From: an uncultured Acidobacteriaceae bacterium
GTDB taxonomy: Bacteria > Acidobacteriota > Terriglobia > Terriglobales > Acidobacteriaceae
NCBI GenBank assembly: GCA_963808195.1
Contig: CAWEEW010000001.1
Span: 561,130-625,129 of the forward strand
Direction: 5' to 3'
DNA: 64,000 bases
Position numbers and translations under genes: made by a program. Positions 29,341 through 38,933 of the stretch are shown here, piece after piece. The first letter of the stretch is position 1; each line of letters opens with the position of its first letter. The notes below the pieces were generated by a model. That model saw nothing but the letters and a program-made list of their open reading frames with translations. It did no database searches and was not told where the DNA came from.

Positions 29341-32049
29341 TCAGATTTCCTTCTTCAGCTCCGCCAGCAGGTTCAACGCCTCAAGTGGCGTAAGCCGATT
29401 CAGGTCCACTTCGCGCAGCTTTTCCAGCACCGGCTGCGAAATCGGCGTGAAGATTGTCAACTGCGTCGGAGGAGGCGATGCTCCGGGCGACAGATGTTCT
29501 GTGAGTTCGCGCTCTGCCGATTCATGTTCCGTCAACACCTCGCGCGCCCGCGCGATCACTTCGTTCGGAAGCCCAGCCAGCTTAGCGACCTCGATGCCAT
29601 AGCTGCGATCCGCCGCTCCCGGCTCCACTTTGCGCAGAAAAGCGATTCCGCCACCGGTTTCCTTCACCGAGACATGATAGTTTTTCACTCCAGAGAGTTG
29701 TTCCGCTAATTCTGTCAGTTCGAAATAGTGCGTAGCAAAAAGAGTCTTCGCCCGCACCCGCGCATGCAGATATTCGACTGCGGCCCAGGCAATCGCGAGG
29801 CCGTCATAAGTGGAAGTTCCACGTCCAACTTCATCGAGCAAAATGAGCGACCGCGCGGTCGCGGTATGCAGGATCGCTGCAGTCTCCGTCATCTCGACCA
29901 TGAAAGTCGAACGGCCGCGTGCCAAATTGTCGCTCGCGCCGATGCGGGTGAAGACACGGTCCATCACACCGAGCCGCGCCGAGCGCGCCGGAACGAACGA
30001 TCCCATCTGCGCGAGAATCACCATGAGCGCGGTCTGTCGCAGATACGTCGATTTGCCGCCCATGTTCGGCCCGGTGAGAAGAAGAATGGTATGCGTGCTG
30101 GCATTCAGGTAAAGATCGTTGGGCACGAAGCGCTCACTGCCTCCGGCCATTTCCTGCTGCTCGATCACGGGATGGCGGCCCTCGATGATCTCAAGATCGC
30201 CGCTGCCACCATCGGTTGCGGGAATGAACTGTGGCCGGCAATAATTGCGCAGAGCCGCGACATGAGCCAGTGATGAGAGCACATCTACTTCGGCCAGTGC
30301 CAGCGCGGTTTGCCGAATTCGCTTCGCTTCGGACGCAATTGCTGCTCGCAACTCGGTGAACAGCCGCCGCTCGATCTCGACGATCTTTTCCTGTGCGTCG
30401 AGAATCTTGGCTTCGTATTCTTTCAGTTCGGGTGTGGTAAACCGCTCCGCGCCTACTAAAGTCTGCTTGCGTTCGTAGTCCCGCGGAACAAGATGCAGAT
30501 TTGGTTTCGACACTTCGATGTAATAGCCAAAAATAGAGTTGAACTTAACCTTGAGCGATGCAATCCCGGTCCGGCCGCGCTCGCGCTGTTCAATCTGCGC
30601 CAGTACCTGCTTGCTATTGCGTGAGAGTTCGCGAAGTTCATCCAGATCGCGATCGACGCCCGCGGCAATAACGCCACCGTCGGCAAAGCTGAGCGGAGGT
30701 TCGGCCACAATCGTTTTCTCAATGCGTTCCCGCAGTTCGCTTAATTCGTCGAGCGATTCGCACAAAGTCTTCAGCCGTTCGGCGGGAAGCCTTCCTGCTG
30801 CAGTCTTGATTGCCGGAATCTTAGCGAGCGACGCCGCCAGCGCCAGCACATCTCGCGGATTCGCCGTCTCCAGCGTCACGCGGCTTAGAAGACGCTCGAG
30901 GTCGAGAACGCCATCGAGCGCGCGCCGCAACTCTTCGCGCGCGATTGTTTCTCTTACGCTCGCTTCCACCGCATCGAGACGCGCATTGATTTCTGCGAGA
31001 TCGAGCGAAGGCCGCAGCAACCACGCTCGCAATAACCGCTTGCCCATCGGCGTGATCGTGGAATCGATCGAGCGGAACAGAGTGGTGCCGGCGTTGGCCC
31101 CGGCGAAAAGTGGTTCAATCAACTCCAGATTCCTCACGGTCACCGCGTCGAGCACCAGGCAATTTTGCCGCTCGTACCAGCCGATACGGTCCACGTGATC
31201 GAGTGCGCCGCGTTGCGTCGAACGTACATAGTAGAGAATCGCCCCCGCAGCCGCGGCTGCGGCGTTCCGACCCGCTAGGCCAAACCCTTCCAGCGACAAC
31301 ACGCCAAAATGATTTTCCAGCAGCGGAATCGCATGATCGGGTGCGAAGATCCAATCGTCAAGCGGAGTTTCGGCCCACGCGGCTCCAGAGGCGCGTGGCT
31401 GAGGCAAGTGAGTTGGAGCGGCATGCGCAGGTACGGTAACATCTTCCGCCCGGTCAAGCGAAACCTGGCGACGCCTTCCATCAAACAGCGGAGCCGCCGA
31501 GCCGTATAACAATTCCTTGGGGCGGAGTTGCTCCAGTTCTTCCTGCACTCGGCGCATGGCGTTTTCGCCGGAGAACTCAGTGGCGCGGAATTCTCCCGTG
31601 GAAAGGTCGAGGGCTGCGAAACCAACGCTTTCGCCAACCTGCGCCAGTGCCGCGAGAAAATTATTTTCTTCTGATCCGAGCAGCGAGTCTGCCGCGGTGC
31701 CCGGCGTGACGACCCGTGTCACTTCTCGCCGCACCAACTTCGTGCCGACCTGCTTCTTGGCCAAACGAGCGTCTTCCATTTGCTCGCAGATAGCCACCTT
31801 GAAGCCTTTGCGGATCAGCTTCCCAATGTAGCCTTCGGCAGCATGATGCGGCACGCCGCACATGGGCACGGCGATACCCTTCTCCTTGTTTCGTGAGGTG
31901 AGCGTGATCTGCAACTCTTTCGCGGCGACGATCGCGTCGTCAAAAAAAAGCTCGTAGAAGTCTCCCAGCCGGAAAAACAACAACGCGGTCGGATGTTCTT
32001 TCTTGACGGCGGCATATTGCCGCATCAGCGGAGTGGACGGCTCGGTCAT
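29341..32049 (-). CDS. mutS: DNA mismatch repair protein MutS
   Basis: ORF to 32121. The conserved start is at ATG 32049 ([31 protein letters not shown]). Walker [10 protein letters not shown]. Confidence 0.97.
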   Translation of the reverse strand: MTEPSTPLMRQYAAVKKEHPTALLFFRLGDFYELFFDDAIVAAKELQITLTSRNKEKGIAVPMCGVPHHAAEGYIGKLIRKGFKVAICEQMEDARLAKKQVGTKLVRREVTRVVTPGTAADSLLGSEENNFLAALAQVGESVGFAALDLSTGEFRATEFSGENAMRRVQEELEQLRPKELLYGSAAPLFDGRRRQVSLDRAEDVTVPAHAAPTHLPQPRASGAAWAETPLDDWIFAPDHAIPLLENHFGVLSLEGFGLAGRNAAAAAAGAILYYVRSTQRGALDHVDRIGWYERQNCLVLDAVTVRNLELIEPLFAGANAGTTLFRSIDSTITPMGKRLLRAWLLRPSLDLAEINARLDAVEASVRETIAREELRRALDGVLDLERLLSRVTLETANPRDVLALAASLAKIPAIKTAAGRLPAERLKTLCESLDELSELRERIEKTIVAEPPLSFADGGVIAAGVDRDLDELRELSRNSKQVLAQIEQRERGRTGIASLKVKFNSIFGYYIEVSKPNLHLVPRDYERKQTLVGAERFTTPELKEYEAKILDAQEKIVEIERRLFTELRAAIASEAKRIRQTALALAEVDVLSSLAHVAALRNYCRPQFIPATDGGSGDLEIIEGRHPVIEQQEMAGGSERFVPNDLYLNASTHTILLLTGPNMGGKSTYLRQTALMVILAQMGSFVPARSARLGVMDRVFTRIGASDNLARGRSTFMVEMTETAAILHTATARSLILLDEVGRGTSTYDGLAIAWAAVEYLHARVRAKTLFATHYFELTELAEQLSGVKNYHVSVKETGGGIAFLRKVEPGAADRSYGIEVAKLAGLPNEVIARAREVLTEHESAERELTEHLSPGASPPPTQLTIFTPISQPVLEKLREVDLNRLTPLEALNLLAELKKEI

Positions 32050-32169
32050 GCTTCGATTTAAAGTAGCGGGCTGTGCGCGGATTATAACAAAGGCTGAAAC
32101 GAGACTTTTTTTTCGATGCACTGGGAAATCGCAGTTGACGCACCTTCTCCCGTGATGTTTTCCTTATGC

Positions 32170-33159
32170 ATGGAACTCCGCAAAGATCCCATCACGCGAT
32201 CCTGGGTAATGACGGGAGACGATCCAGCCGAGGGCGCGTCCAGTCCGGAGATCGCTTGCCGTTTTTGTCCGGATGCGGGCGATTCGCCGCAGGTTATCGC
32301 CGCGACCCCCAGCTCCGGTGCCTGGTTGGCGCGTTCCGTGGTGCATCCCACGCCGCTGTATCACATCGAAGGCGAGCCCGGCCGCCGGGGCGATGGCATT
32401 TACGACCGCATGAGTTCGGTCGGCGCGCACGAGGTGCTGGTGGAAAACCCCAGGCACGACCGGCATCTGTGGAATGCCAGCGACGATGAGATCGGTCAAT
32501 TTCTCCGTCTTGCGGCCGAACGCATTTTGGATTTGAAGCGCGATCCGCGCATCAAGTACATCAGTCTTTTCAAGGACTACGGCCCCGGCGCCGGCCAGGA
32601 ATTCAGCCACCCTACCTCCCAGATTACCGCGACCATGTTCGTGCCTCGGCGCGTACTCTACGAACTGCGCGCGGGGCGCGAATACTTTCAAGCGAAGGAA
32701 CGATGTGTTTTTTGCGACATCCTGGCCCAGGAGGAGCGCCAGGCTTCGCGCGTAATCGAGGCCCGCGGCGACTATGTGGCGATTGGGCCCTACGCTCCGC
32801 GCGTTCCTTATGAGACCTGGATTCTCCCGCGCAATCACGAAGCATCTTTCGAACGCACCGGCCTGACGAAACCGGGACTTCGGGTCAACCTCGCAGCACT
32901 CTTGCGCCGCACGCTGCAGCGGGTGCGCACGGTTACCGAGGGTTTTCATCTCGTGCTGCACACTTCACCCAACAGTCTGCATCCTTCGAAAACTCTCGGC
33001 TATTGGAAGACCATCGATGACGACTATCACTGGCACATCGAGATCATGCCGGTAATCGCGGCCAAGGCGCGGTCCTATACGTTCAAAGAGGTCTACTACT
33101 CGCCGGTGAGCTCGGAGACGGCGGTGAAACAACTGCGCGACGCAAAGATTGATGGGTGA
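32170..33159 (+). CDS. GalT-family nucleotidyltransferase (galactose-1-phosphate uridylyltransferase-like, HIT superfamily)
   Basis: ORF from 32116; ATG 32170 gives MELRKDPITRSWVM. CRFC Zn-site-like motif, GAHEVLVE, and C-terminal YHWHIEIMP histidine motif. Exact substrate not inferable. Confidence 0.7.
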   Translation: MELRKDPITRSWVMTGDDPAEGASSPEIACRFCPDAGDSPQVIAATPSSGAWLARSVVHPTPLYHIEGEPGRRGDGIYDRMSSVGAHEVLVENPRHDRHLWNASDDEIGQFLRLAAERILDLKRDPRIKYISLFKDYGPGAGQEFSHPTSQITATMFVPRRVLYELRAGREYFQAKERCVFCDILAQEERQASRVIEARGDYVAIGPYAPRVPYETWILPRNHEASFERTGLTKPGLRVNLAALLRRTLQRVRTVTEGFHLVLHTSPNSLHPSKTLGYWKTIDDDYHWHIEIMPVIAAKARSYTFKEVYYSPVSSETAVKQLRDAKIDG

Positions 33160-33234
33160 TCTTCGCGAACAACTGCCACTTTATGGAGGGATCGCTACCG
33201 TTTGCTTGTCGGCCGGAACTGCGGAAGCGGCGCA

Positions 33235-33831
33235 TCACAGGCCTCGATTGAGGGCTTCCAATTCGTCGGGCCGGAGTTGAGCGAAGGCTTCCAGGGCGGC
33301 CGCCCTGAGTTCCTCGTAAGCCCTGGGACCGTCGACGGAGGCCACCTTGCGGAGGCGCGAGAGGCCTCGCGTCGCGATGAGGCCGAACGCATAAGGAAGC
33401 AGCAACCGGACGCCGAGCCTTACCCGCGTGGCTTGGCAGTAGATGTGCACTTTGATGATCGCCCGCCGAAGCTTGGAGTCCCGTTCGTCGTGGTACTTGC
33501 AGTCGCCCAGTATGGAAACGTCGAAGTCGGAGAGGACCACCGAATTATGGATCATGCGTTTCACCAGTCCCCGAAGTATATAGATCCGGCGACGCTGCTC
33601 CGCGCGCAAAGCGTGTGCATCCAGGTTCCAGCGCAGGTTCAGGTCCGCGGCGGGATCGAGCAGGGATTCGAGCAGCGAACGGTCCACCGGGTAGAGGAAA
33701 TGAAGCACGTCGTTGGGCTCTAGTTTCGACGTTATGAGGTTGACCCAACTGCGGTACAGCATATAGATAAACGCAGCACCGCTAAGAGCGAGCAGCCCTA
33801 GCGTCAGCCAAGTCTCTATCTGTGGGTACAT
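33235..33831 (-). CDS. Hypothetical single-pass membrane protein
   Basis: 198-aa ORF with N-terminal TM (WLTLGLLALSGAAFIYMLY), then a helical soluble domain. The start overlaps the upstream gene by 50 nt. No family recognised. Confidence 0.55.
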   Translation of the reverse strand: MYPQIETWLTLGLLALSGAAFIYMLYRSWVNLITSKLEPNDVLHFLYPVDRSLLESLLDPAADLNLRWNLDAHALRAEQRRRIYILRGLVKRMIHNSVVLSDFDVSILGDCKYHDERDSKLRRAIIKVHIYCQATRVRLGVRLLLPYAFGLIATRGLSRLRKVASVDGPRAYEELRAAALEAFAQLRPDELEALNRGL

Positions 33832-34567
33832 CGTAGCGCCTCCTCCCGCGCAGAATGTCCAGGTATTGCTCTAGGAGGGCAGTGTAGTGCGCCTTTTGTT
33901 CGGGTGTGAGGCTGGGATGTTCCCTTTCCGGCGCGCGAAACGACCAAATCCAGATCAATACGGCTAAGGAGTATGCCACAAGTGAACTCACTCCCCACAA
34001 AAAAGTGAACCTAGTTCCAAAATCCGACAGTTTGGTTGTAATCAGGAGGGCGACCGTGGAGTAGAGTCCAAAACCTGCGGTTATGCCAAAGGGGTATGCG
34101 CTCCAATAGAATTCGAAGAACCAGAAAAACCCCACTAAACCAATGAACGCGATCACCTGTATTAGGCGCACGGCAATCTCGCCCACGACCACGTAGTAGA
34201 GAAGGCCGCCGAAATGTGGCGGGCTGTAATGGGCTCGGAGCAGGCTCAGGCCCACGCCGACGGCAACCATGGCGGGAAAAATTAGGCGCGTCCACCACCA
34301 AGCATCTCCTAGCCAGCGTGTGAGTCGGCTGACGACCTCGTACATCGCAGCAGCCCCAAGGAGCGCATAGCCCACATCGGTGAGCCAGTACGTGAGAAAA
34401 TACGTGTGCGCGTGGCCGAGCGTCGCAAGCCGCGAAAGGTCGGCGGCCAGGGCAAAGACCACGTAGGCAGAAAACCAAGGCCACGCTCTGTAGGCGCGGT
34501 TTCGGAGCATCAAGCAGAGCAGCACCGCCAGAAGCCAGTTCGGAATGGACCATACGAGCAGATTCAT
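33782..34567 (-). CDS. Hypothetical polytopic (about 7 TM) membrane protein
   Basis: 261-aa ORF with seven hydrophobic stretches rich in W/Y/F. No family recognised. Confidence 0.6.
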   Translation of the reverse strand: MNLLVWSIPNWLLAVLLCLMLRNRAYRAWPWFSAYVVFALAADLSRLATLGHAHTYFLTYWLTDVGYALLGAAAMYEVVSRLTRWLGDAWWWTRLIFPAMVAVGVGLSLLRAHYSPPHFGGLLYYVVVGEIAVRLIQVIAFIGLVGFFWFFEFYWSAYPFGITAGFGLYSTVALLITTKLSDFGTRFTFLWGVSSLVAYSLAVLIWIWSFRAPEREHPSLTPEQKAHYTALLEQYLDILRGRRRYDVPTDRDLADARAARS

Positions 34568-34570
34568 ATA

Positions 34571-34602
34571 GCCGGGGGCAGCTTACGCCATTTGCCCCCG
34601 GC
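34571..34602 (-). terminator. 10-bp GC hairpin (GCCGGGGGCA/TGCCCCCGGC, 12-nt loop) ending 3 nt before the membrane-protein ATG
   Basis: Read directly. It sits between the 40-codon ORF stop (34621) and ATG 34567. Possible attenuator or translation-occluding structure. Confidence 0.4.
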
Positions 34603-34620
34603 TTTCCAGCAATAATTTCG

Positions 34621-34743
34621 TCAGGGCTTGCTTTGCCCCGCGGCCGAGCTACTTGGCGCAGTGGGCGGCGGATAGGAGCCCTCGGCCAATGCTGCAGAGG
34701 CAAGCGACACTACTAACAGCGCGACCGCGAGTACGCGTTTCAT
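34621..34743 (-). CDS. Candidate 40-aa secreted small peptide
   Basis: Below the ORF-track cutoff. AAGGAG-aatcaac-ATG, then MKRVLAVALLVVSLASAALA/EGSYPPPTAPSSSAAGQSKP (Sec-type signal with an AxA site, then a 20-aa Pro/Ser-rich tail). Same strand as the two membrane proteins downstream. Confidence 0.4.
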   Translation of the reverse strand: MKRVLAVALLVVSLASAALAEGSYPPPTAPSSSAAGQSKP

Positions 34744-34914
34744 GTTGATTCTCCTTGAGTTTTGGGTATGGGGAAAAGCGCAATGCGCCCCTGCGACAGT
34801 TTATGCCTTAGTGTCCGAAAATGGACAGATAGCGTTAGTCCGTGGGCGGGTGGTGGACCAAAGCGGTATGGATAGTGTCCAAAAGCGGGGCGGTAACGAA
34901 GCGAGCGGCGAGTG

Positions 34915-35229
34915 CTACCAGTGAACTAATTCCTCTGGATCGTCGACCAGAACGACTTCATACTTTTCCAGCATCGGCATGAGGAGATTCTCCAGTTCGC
35001 GCTTCCAGAGTTCGCCCTCGTAGAACTTTGCCTTCATGGGCTCACGCGAAGGCAGATCGGGAAAGCCGCGCATAAAAAAAAACGTGTCGGGGTCCTCGAC
35101 AGAAAGAAATGGCCCTAATATGTTCATGCCGATTTCTGCGTGTGCCGGAATCGATTTGGTGCGAAATACTTCTAGAAACTTGGCGCGCTTGCCGGGCTTG
35201 GTTTTGTAGGTGCGCATTTCGATGATCAT
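34915..35229 (-). CDS. NIPSNAP family protein
   Basis: ORF to 35289. ATG 35229 gives MIIEMRTYKTKPGKRAKFLEVF..., the typical NIPSNAP start. Confidence 0.75.
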   Translation of the reverse strand: MIIEMRTYKTKPGKRAKFLEVFRTKSIPAHAEIGMNILGPFLSVEDPDTFFFMRGFPDLPSREPMKAKFYEGELWKRELENLLMPMLEKYEVVLVDDPEELVHW

Positions 35230-35407
35230 TTGTCTTCCCGCGAGAATGCTGGCGCGGTTAGAGCAAAAAATCAAGGGGAATTTCGGCAATGTACTTTACA
35301 AAATAGAAGATTCTGCGACTCATTCAGAAGAGGTCAAGGAAACCTGCTCACGGTGCGTCAAAATAGCGAAATGGTAAAAAACACTCTATATAGTACGAGG
35401 GGTTAAC

Positions 35408-35569
35408 ATGAAAACCTATCGCATTACCATGCAAGAGGTTATCGAAGGTGGACGCTTAGTGATCCTAGACATTATTGAGGCCGAAGTTGAAGACTCGGTG
35501 GAAGCGAAGATAATGCCAGTCGTGAAGTATCTATCAGCGCTGTTAGGGCGTTACCCAAAATCAAACTAG
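35408..35569 (+). CDS. Candidate 53-aa acidic small protein in an AT-richer patch
   Basis: Below the ORF-track cutoff. GAGGGG-ttaac-ATG, then MKTYRITMQEVIEGGRLVILDIIEAEVEDSVEAKIMPVVKYLSALLGRYPKSN. No similarity recognised. Confidence 0.25.
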   Translation: MKTYRITMQEVIEGGRLVILDIIEAEVEDSVEAKIMPVVKYLSALLGRYPKSN

Positions 35570-35631
35570 CACGAGACCGTTACTTTGCCGAATATGTTGT
35601 CGTTGAGACGTCGAGCAGAAGAAAAATCTGT

Positions 35632-37473
35632 TTACTCTGCCCTCGCCGACTTCTTATGCATCTCCAGACCTTGGCGCAGCAGTTGTCCCGCCGCCTCCGC
35701 CGCGACCGGCTGCGAAAATAAATATCCCTGACCCAGGTCGCAGCCGAGTTCACGCAGGAGTTCGAACTGCTGGATGGTTTCAATGCCTTCGGCGATTACC
35801 TTCAGCTTCAGCTTGTGGCCCAGCACGATGATCAGGTCCACCGTGTCACGAGTGCCGCGGTCCGCCAGCATTTCGCTGATAAGAGAGCGGTCGATCTTCA
35901 GCGCGTCGACCGGAAATTGCCTTAGCCCAATGAGCGAAGAGTTTCCTGTGCCGAAATCGTCGAGAATCACGCCAATTCCGAGGTGTTTGAGTTGGGTGAG
36001 AACAGTGACCGTTACCTTGGGGTCAGCTGCAGCGACAGCCTCTGTCATTTCGAGTTGCAGCTTCGAAGCCTCGCTCCGGATCTCGTGAATCGCGGCCCGA
36101 AGGTCGGTCACAAAGCGGGTATCGGCAAACTGCCGGGCTGAGAGATTTACATTGATAGTTACGGCATGCGCCGCGTGATTCTTTTCTTCCCACTCTCGTA
36201 ATTGCTGGCATACCTTAAGGATCAGCCATTGACCGATGGAAAACAGCAAGCCGGTGTCTTCAGCGGCGTCGATAAATTTGTAGGGCGAAATCAAACCCTG
36301 CTCAGGATGCTGCCAGCGCAGAAGCGCCTCGAATCCTGTAATCTGCCGGGTATCAAGTTGCACGATCGGCTGGTAATACACACAAAATTGACTCTTTTCG
36401 ACGGCTTCTCGCAATCCCGCTTCCAGCCGCAATCGATTGACGGCGCGCGTATGCATGGCTTCATCGAAGACTTCGCAGCGAGATCCTCCGAGCGCTTTTG
36501 CCCGCCGCATTGCCACGTCGGCATCCTGCAGGAGATTTTCGGGCCGATTGTGCGCGGACGTGCGCAACGCGATTCCCACGCTCGCCGAGGGATGTACCTC
36601 ACGGCCATCCAGCAGGAAAGGCTCCGCAACAGTTGCAAGGATTCGTTGTGCCACCCGCAAGGCGTCGCTCGGATCGACCACAGCCTCAAGCAGGATGGCG
36701 AACTCGTCCCCGCCCATCCGGGATAGAACCGCATCTTCCAGCGAGTTGTCTTGCGGACGCGAGACTGTATCGTCGGTCCGCAACTGTGCTCCGAGACGCC
36801 GGCCCACCTCGACGATCACCTGATCACCCGCCACCGGACCCAGAGTGTCGTTGATCTCTTTGAAGCTGTCCAGATCGACGAACAGCAAGGCGTATTGGCG
36901 TTCTGGATTTCGCTGTGCCCGAAGATAGAGTCGCTGCAGTCGGTCCAGAAAGAGGGTCCGGTTCGGTAATCCAGTCAGAGCATCATGAAAAGAGTTGTGT
37001 TCAGCCTGTTCCTCGGCGCGTTTGCGATCTGTAATGTCGCGGTTCACGATGACCAGCTTGGCGACGTCGCCTTTTTCGTCGCGAATCGTCCCAGCGATCG
37101 ACTCGAGCACCCTCCAGTTCCCATCTTTGTGCCGGGTGCGGTACTCCAGCTTTTTCCCCACTCCCGTGCTCCGCGCCTCCCGCGCCGCTTCCAGCACCTT
37201 GAACCGATCCTCCGGATGAATCTGTTCGAACGCCGACGTCTCCCCCAGTTCCGCTGCGGAATAGCCCAGGATTCTTTTGTACGCGGGGCTGTTATAAAGC
37301 CGATGCCCTTTCACATCGACCAGGGCGATCATGTCAGCCGCATTTTCTGTGACGATTTGAAATAGCTCCTCCCGTTTCTTGGACTCGCGGCGAACCTGGT
37401 AGACGCGGAAGTGCTGATAGATCGCGAGGGCCGCCAGCGTTCCGAGAGCGATCCAATTCCAATGTTCCATCAT
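35632..37473 (-). CDS. Membrane-anchored PAS-GGDEF-EAL protein (c-di-GMP turnover)
   Basis: N-terminal TM, PAS segment, an intact GGDEF (RMGGDEFAILL), and an EAL domain (FEALLRW, DDFGTG). Confidence 0.9.
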   Translation of the reverse strand: MMEHWNWIALGTLAALAIYQHFRVYQVRRESKKREELFQIVTENAADMIALVDVKGHRLYNSPAYKRILGYSAAELGETSAFEQIHPEDRFKVLEAAREARSTGVGKKLEYRTRHKDGNWRVLESIAGTIRDEKGDVAKLVIVNRDITDRKRAEEQAEHNSFHDALTGLPNRTLFLDRLQRLYLRAQRNPERQYALLFVDLDSFKEINDTLGPVAGDQVIVEVGRRLGAQLRTDDTVSRPQDNSLEDAVLSRMGGDEFAILLEAVVDPSDALRVAQRILATVAEPFLLDGREVHPSASVGIALRTSAHNRPENLLQDADVAMRRAKALGGSRCEVFDEAMHTRAVNRLRLEAGLREAVEKSQFCVYYQPIVQLDTRQITGFEALLRWQHPEQGLISPYKFIDAAEDTGLLFSIGQWLILKVCQQLREWEEKNHAAHAVTINVNLSARQFADTRFVTDLRAAIHEIRSEASKLQLEMTEAVAAADPKVTVTVLTQLKHLGIGVILDDFGTGNSSLIGLRQFPVDALKIDRSLISEMLADRGTRDTVDLIIVLGHKLKLKVIAEGIETIQQFELLRELGCDLGQGYLFSQPVAAEAAGQLLRQGLEMHKKSARAE

Positions 37474-37579
37474 TGTAGGAGGGACGTAGAACCTTCGAAG
37501 GACATATCGGCTGATTCGGCTGGGAATTTAGTGTCTCGCCAAGGGGACAAACCGTCTGCGGCGCGTTCATAATGTCCGC

Positions 37580-37960
37580 ATGTCTCCAGATAACCCGAAG
37601 GCGGTCCGCCGGCTGAAGACCTACACTGGCGCCCAGGGGTACGTCTACCAGTATTACTTCGTAGGCAAGCGAGCTGCGCTCGCGGATGACGCCGAAGCCC
37701 CAGCGACGGAATTCATCTTCGACGTCACTTCCGACCGCAAGCTAACCTATGCCGTGAGTGTCTTTCTGCCGGAAAAATCGGGGACGGCGTGGGCCGCAGC
37801 TCATCGCCGCCAACTCACAGAATCCGAGCAGTACGCTGCGGCTAAACTCCGCCTGTTCCGAGCATTCGATGAACTGGAAGATGTGAAGGCCCATGGCCGC
37901 CGATTGGTCATTAGTGGCGAAGTGCTAGAGGAGTTCCTGACCACTCTAGGTATTGAATAA
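37580..37960 (+). CDS. Hypothetical protein
   Basis: 126-aa ORF followed by an imperfect hairpin at 37962-37988. No family recognised. Confidence 0.5.
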   Translation: MSPDNPKAVRRLKTYTGAQGYVYQYYFVGKRAALADDAEAPATEFIFDVTSDRKLTYAVSVFLPEKSGTAWAAAHRRQLTESEQYAAAKLRLFRAFDELEDVKAHGRRLVISGEVLEEFLTTLGIE

Positions 37961-38120
37961 CGCGGACTGTGATCCCGATCACATCCGCCCGTGATGCCAG
38001 GCGTTTCCGCCACCCATTTTATGGGCAGAATATAATGAGTGGAAGGGATGGGGGCCTGATTGACTGACTGGCCCGCCTGACTTGCATTAAATTCCGCGGA
38101 CTCTGATACTTACCTGGCTT

Positions 38121-38933
38121 ATGTCTTTGCTTTGGTTGCGCTTCGCGCTGGCTTGCTATTTCGTGGGGCTGTTCTACGCTTTTTTCGCACTCAGCCGCAC
38201 CAGCGACCTTTTCAGCCGCATCGCGTTGCACGCCGCCAGCCTGGGCATGGTCTTTCACTTCGTTTCTCTAGTCGAGCTTTTTCTCTCCGGCCACGTCGTC
38301 TGGGCCTCGGTGCATAACGGCGAATCGCTGCTGGCATTCTTCTCGATGACGTTTTTCATGATCATCTACGTCATCTACCAGACCACGTCGCCCGGAGTCG
38401 TCGTCTTTCCCATCGTATTCTTTCTGACCTTTGTGGCAGCCCTCGACCAGCAACCTGTTTTGCTCACAGCCTTCGTCCAGCACAAGGGATGGCTGATCGC
38501 GCACATTATTCTGATCTTCACCGGATACGCCGCGCTTGTGCTAAGCTTCGGCGCCAGCCTGCTTTATCTGCTGCAGGAGCGGCGTTTAAAAGCCAAGAGG
38601 CCAAGCAGCCTGATTTCTTTCCTGCCCGCGCTCGAAGTGATCGACCAGATCGGCTACCGCTCGTTGCTACTGGGCTTTCCCTTCATGACTCTTGGCCTGA
38701 TTACCGGGTCTATTGTCGCGATGTCAGCCTATGGCCGCGTCGACTTTGCTGATCCCAAGATTTTATTGTCGATTCTGATGTGGGCTGTTTACATGGTCAT
38801 GGTCGTCACGCGCTGGAATTCAGGATGGCGTGGCCGCCGCGCCGCCGTGCTTGCGACTTGTGCCTTTGTGGCGGCAATCGTAGCGTGGGCGGCAAATTAC
38901 TTCTCGACCATCCACAGGTTCGCCGCCTCATGA
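38121..38933 (+). CDS. Cytochrome c assembly family membrane protein (CcsA/HemX/YpjD-like)
   Basis: 270 aa, about 8 TM, DPK motif (FADPKILLSILMW) but no Trp-rich WGxxWxWD heme-handling motif. Stop overlaps the hemA start (ATGA). Confidence 0.7.
   Translation: MSLLWLRFALACYFVGLFYAFFALSRTSDLFSRIALHAASLGMVFHFVSLVELFLSGHVVWASVHNGESLLAFFSMTFFMIIYVIYQTTSPGVVVFPIVFFLTFVAALDQQPVLLTAFVQHKGWLIAHIILIFTGYAALVLSFGASLLYLLQERRLKAKRPSSLISFLPALEVIDQIGYRSLLLGFPFMTLGLITGSIVAMSAYGRVDFADPKILLSILMWAVYMVMVVTRWNSGWRGRRAAVLATCAFVAAIVAWAANYFSTIHRFAAS

Noticed and set aside
32164-32961. 265-aa minus-strand ORF
   Set aside because: It lies antisense to the GalT-like gene and is a shadow ORF.
34011-34703. 230-aa minus-strand ORF in another frame over the 7-TM gene
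   Set aside because: It is an Arg/Pro-rich frame-shadow. The hydrophobic-periodic frame (33782..34567) is far more protein-like.
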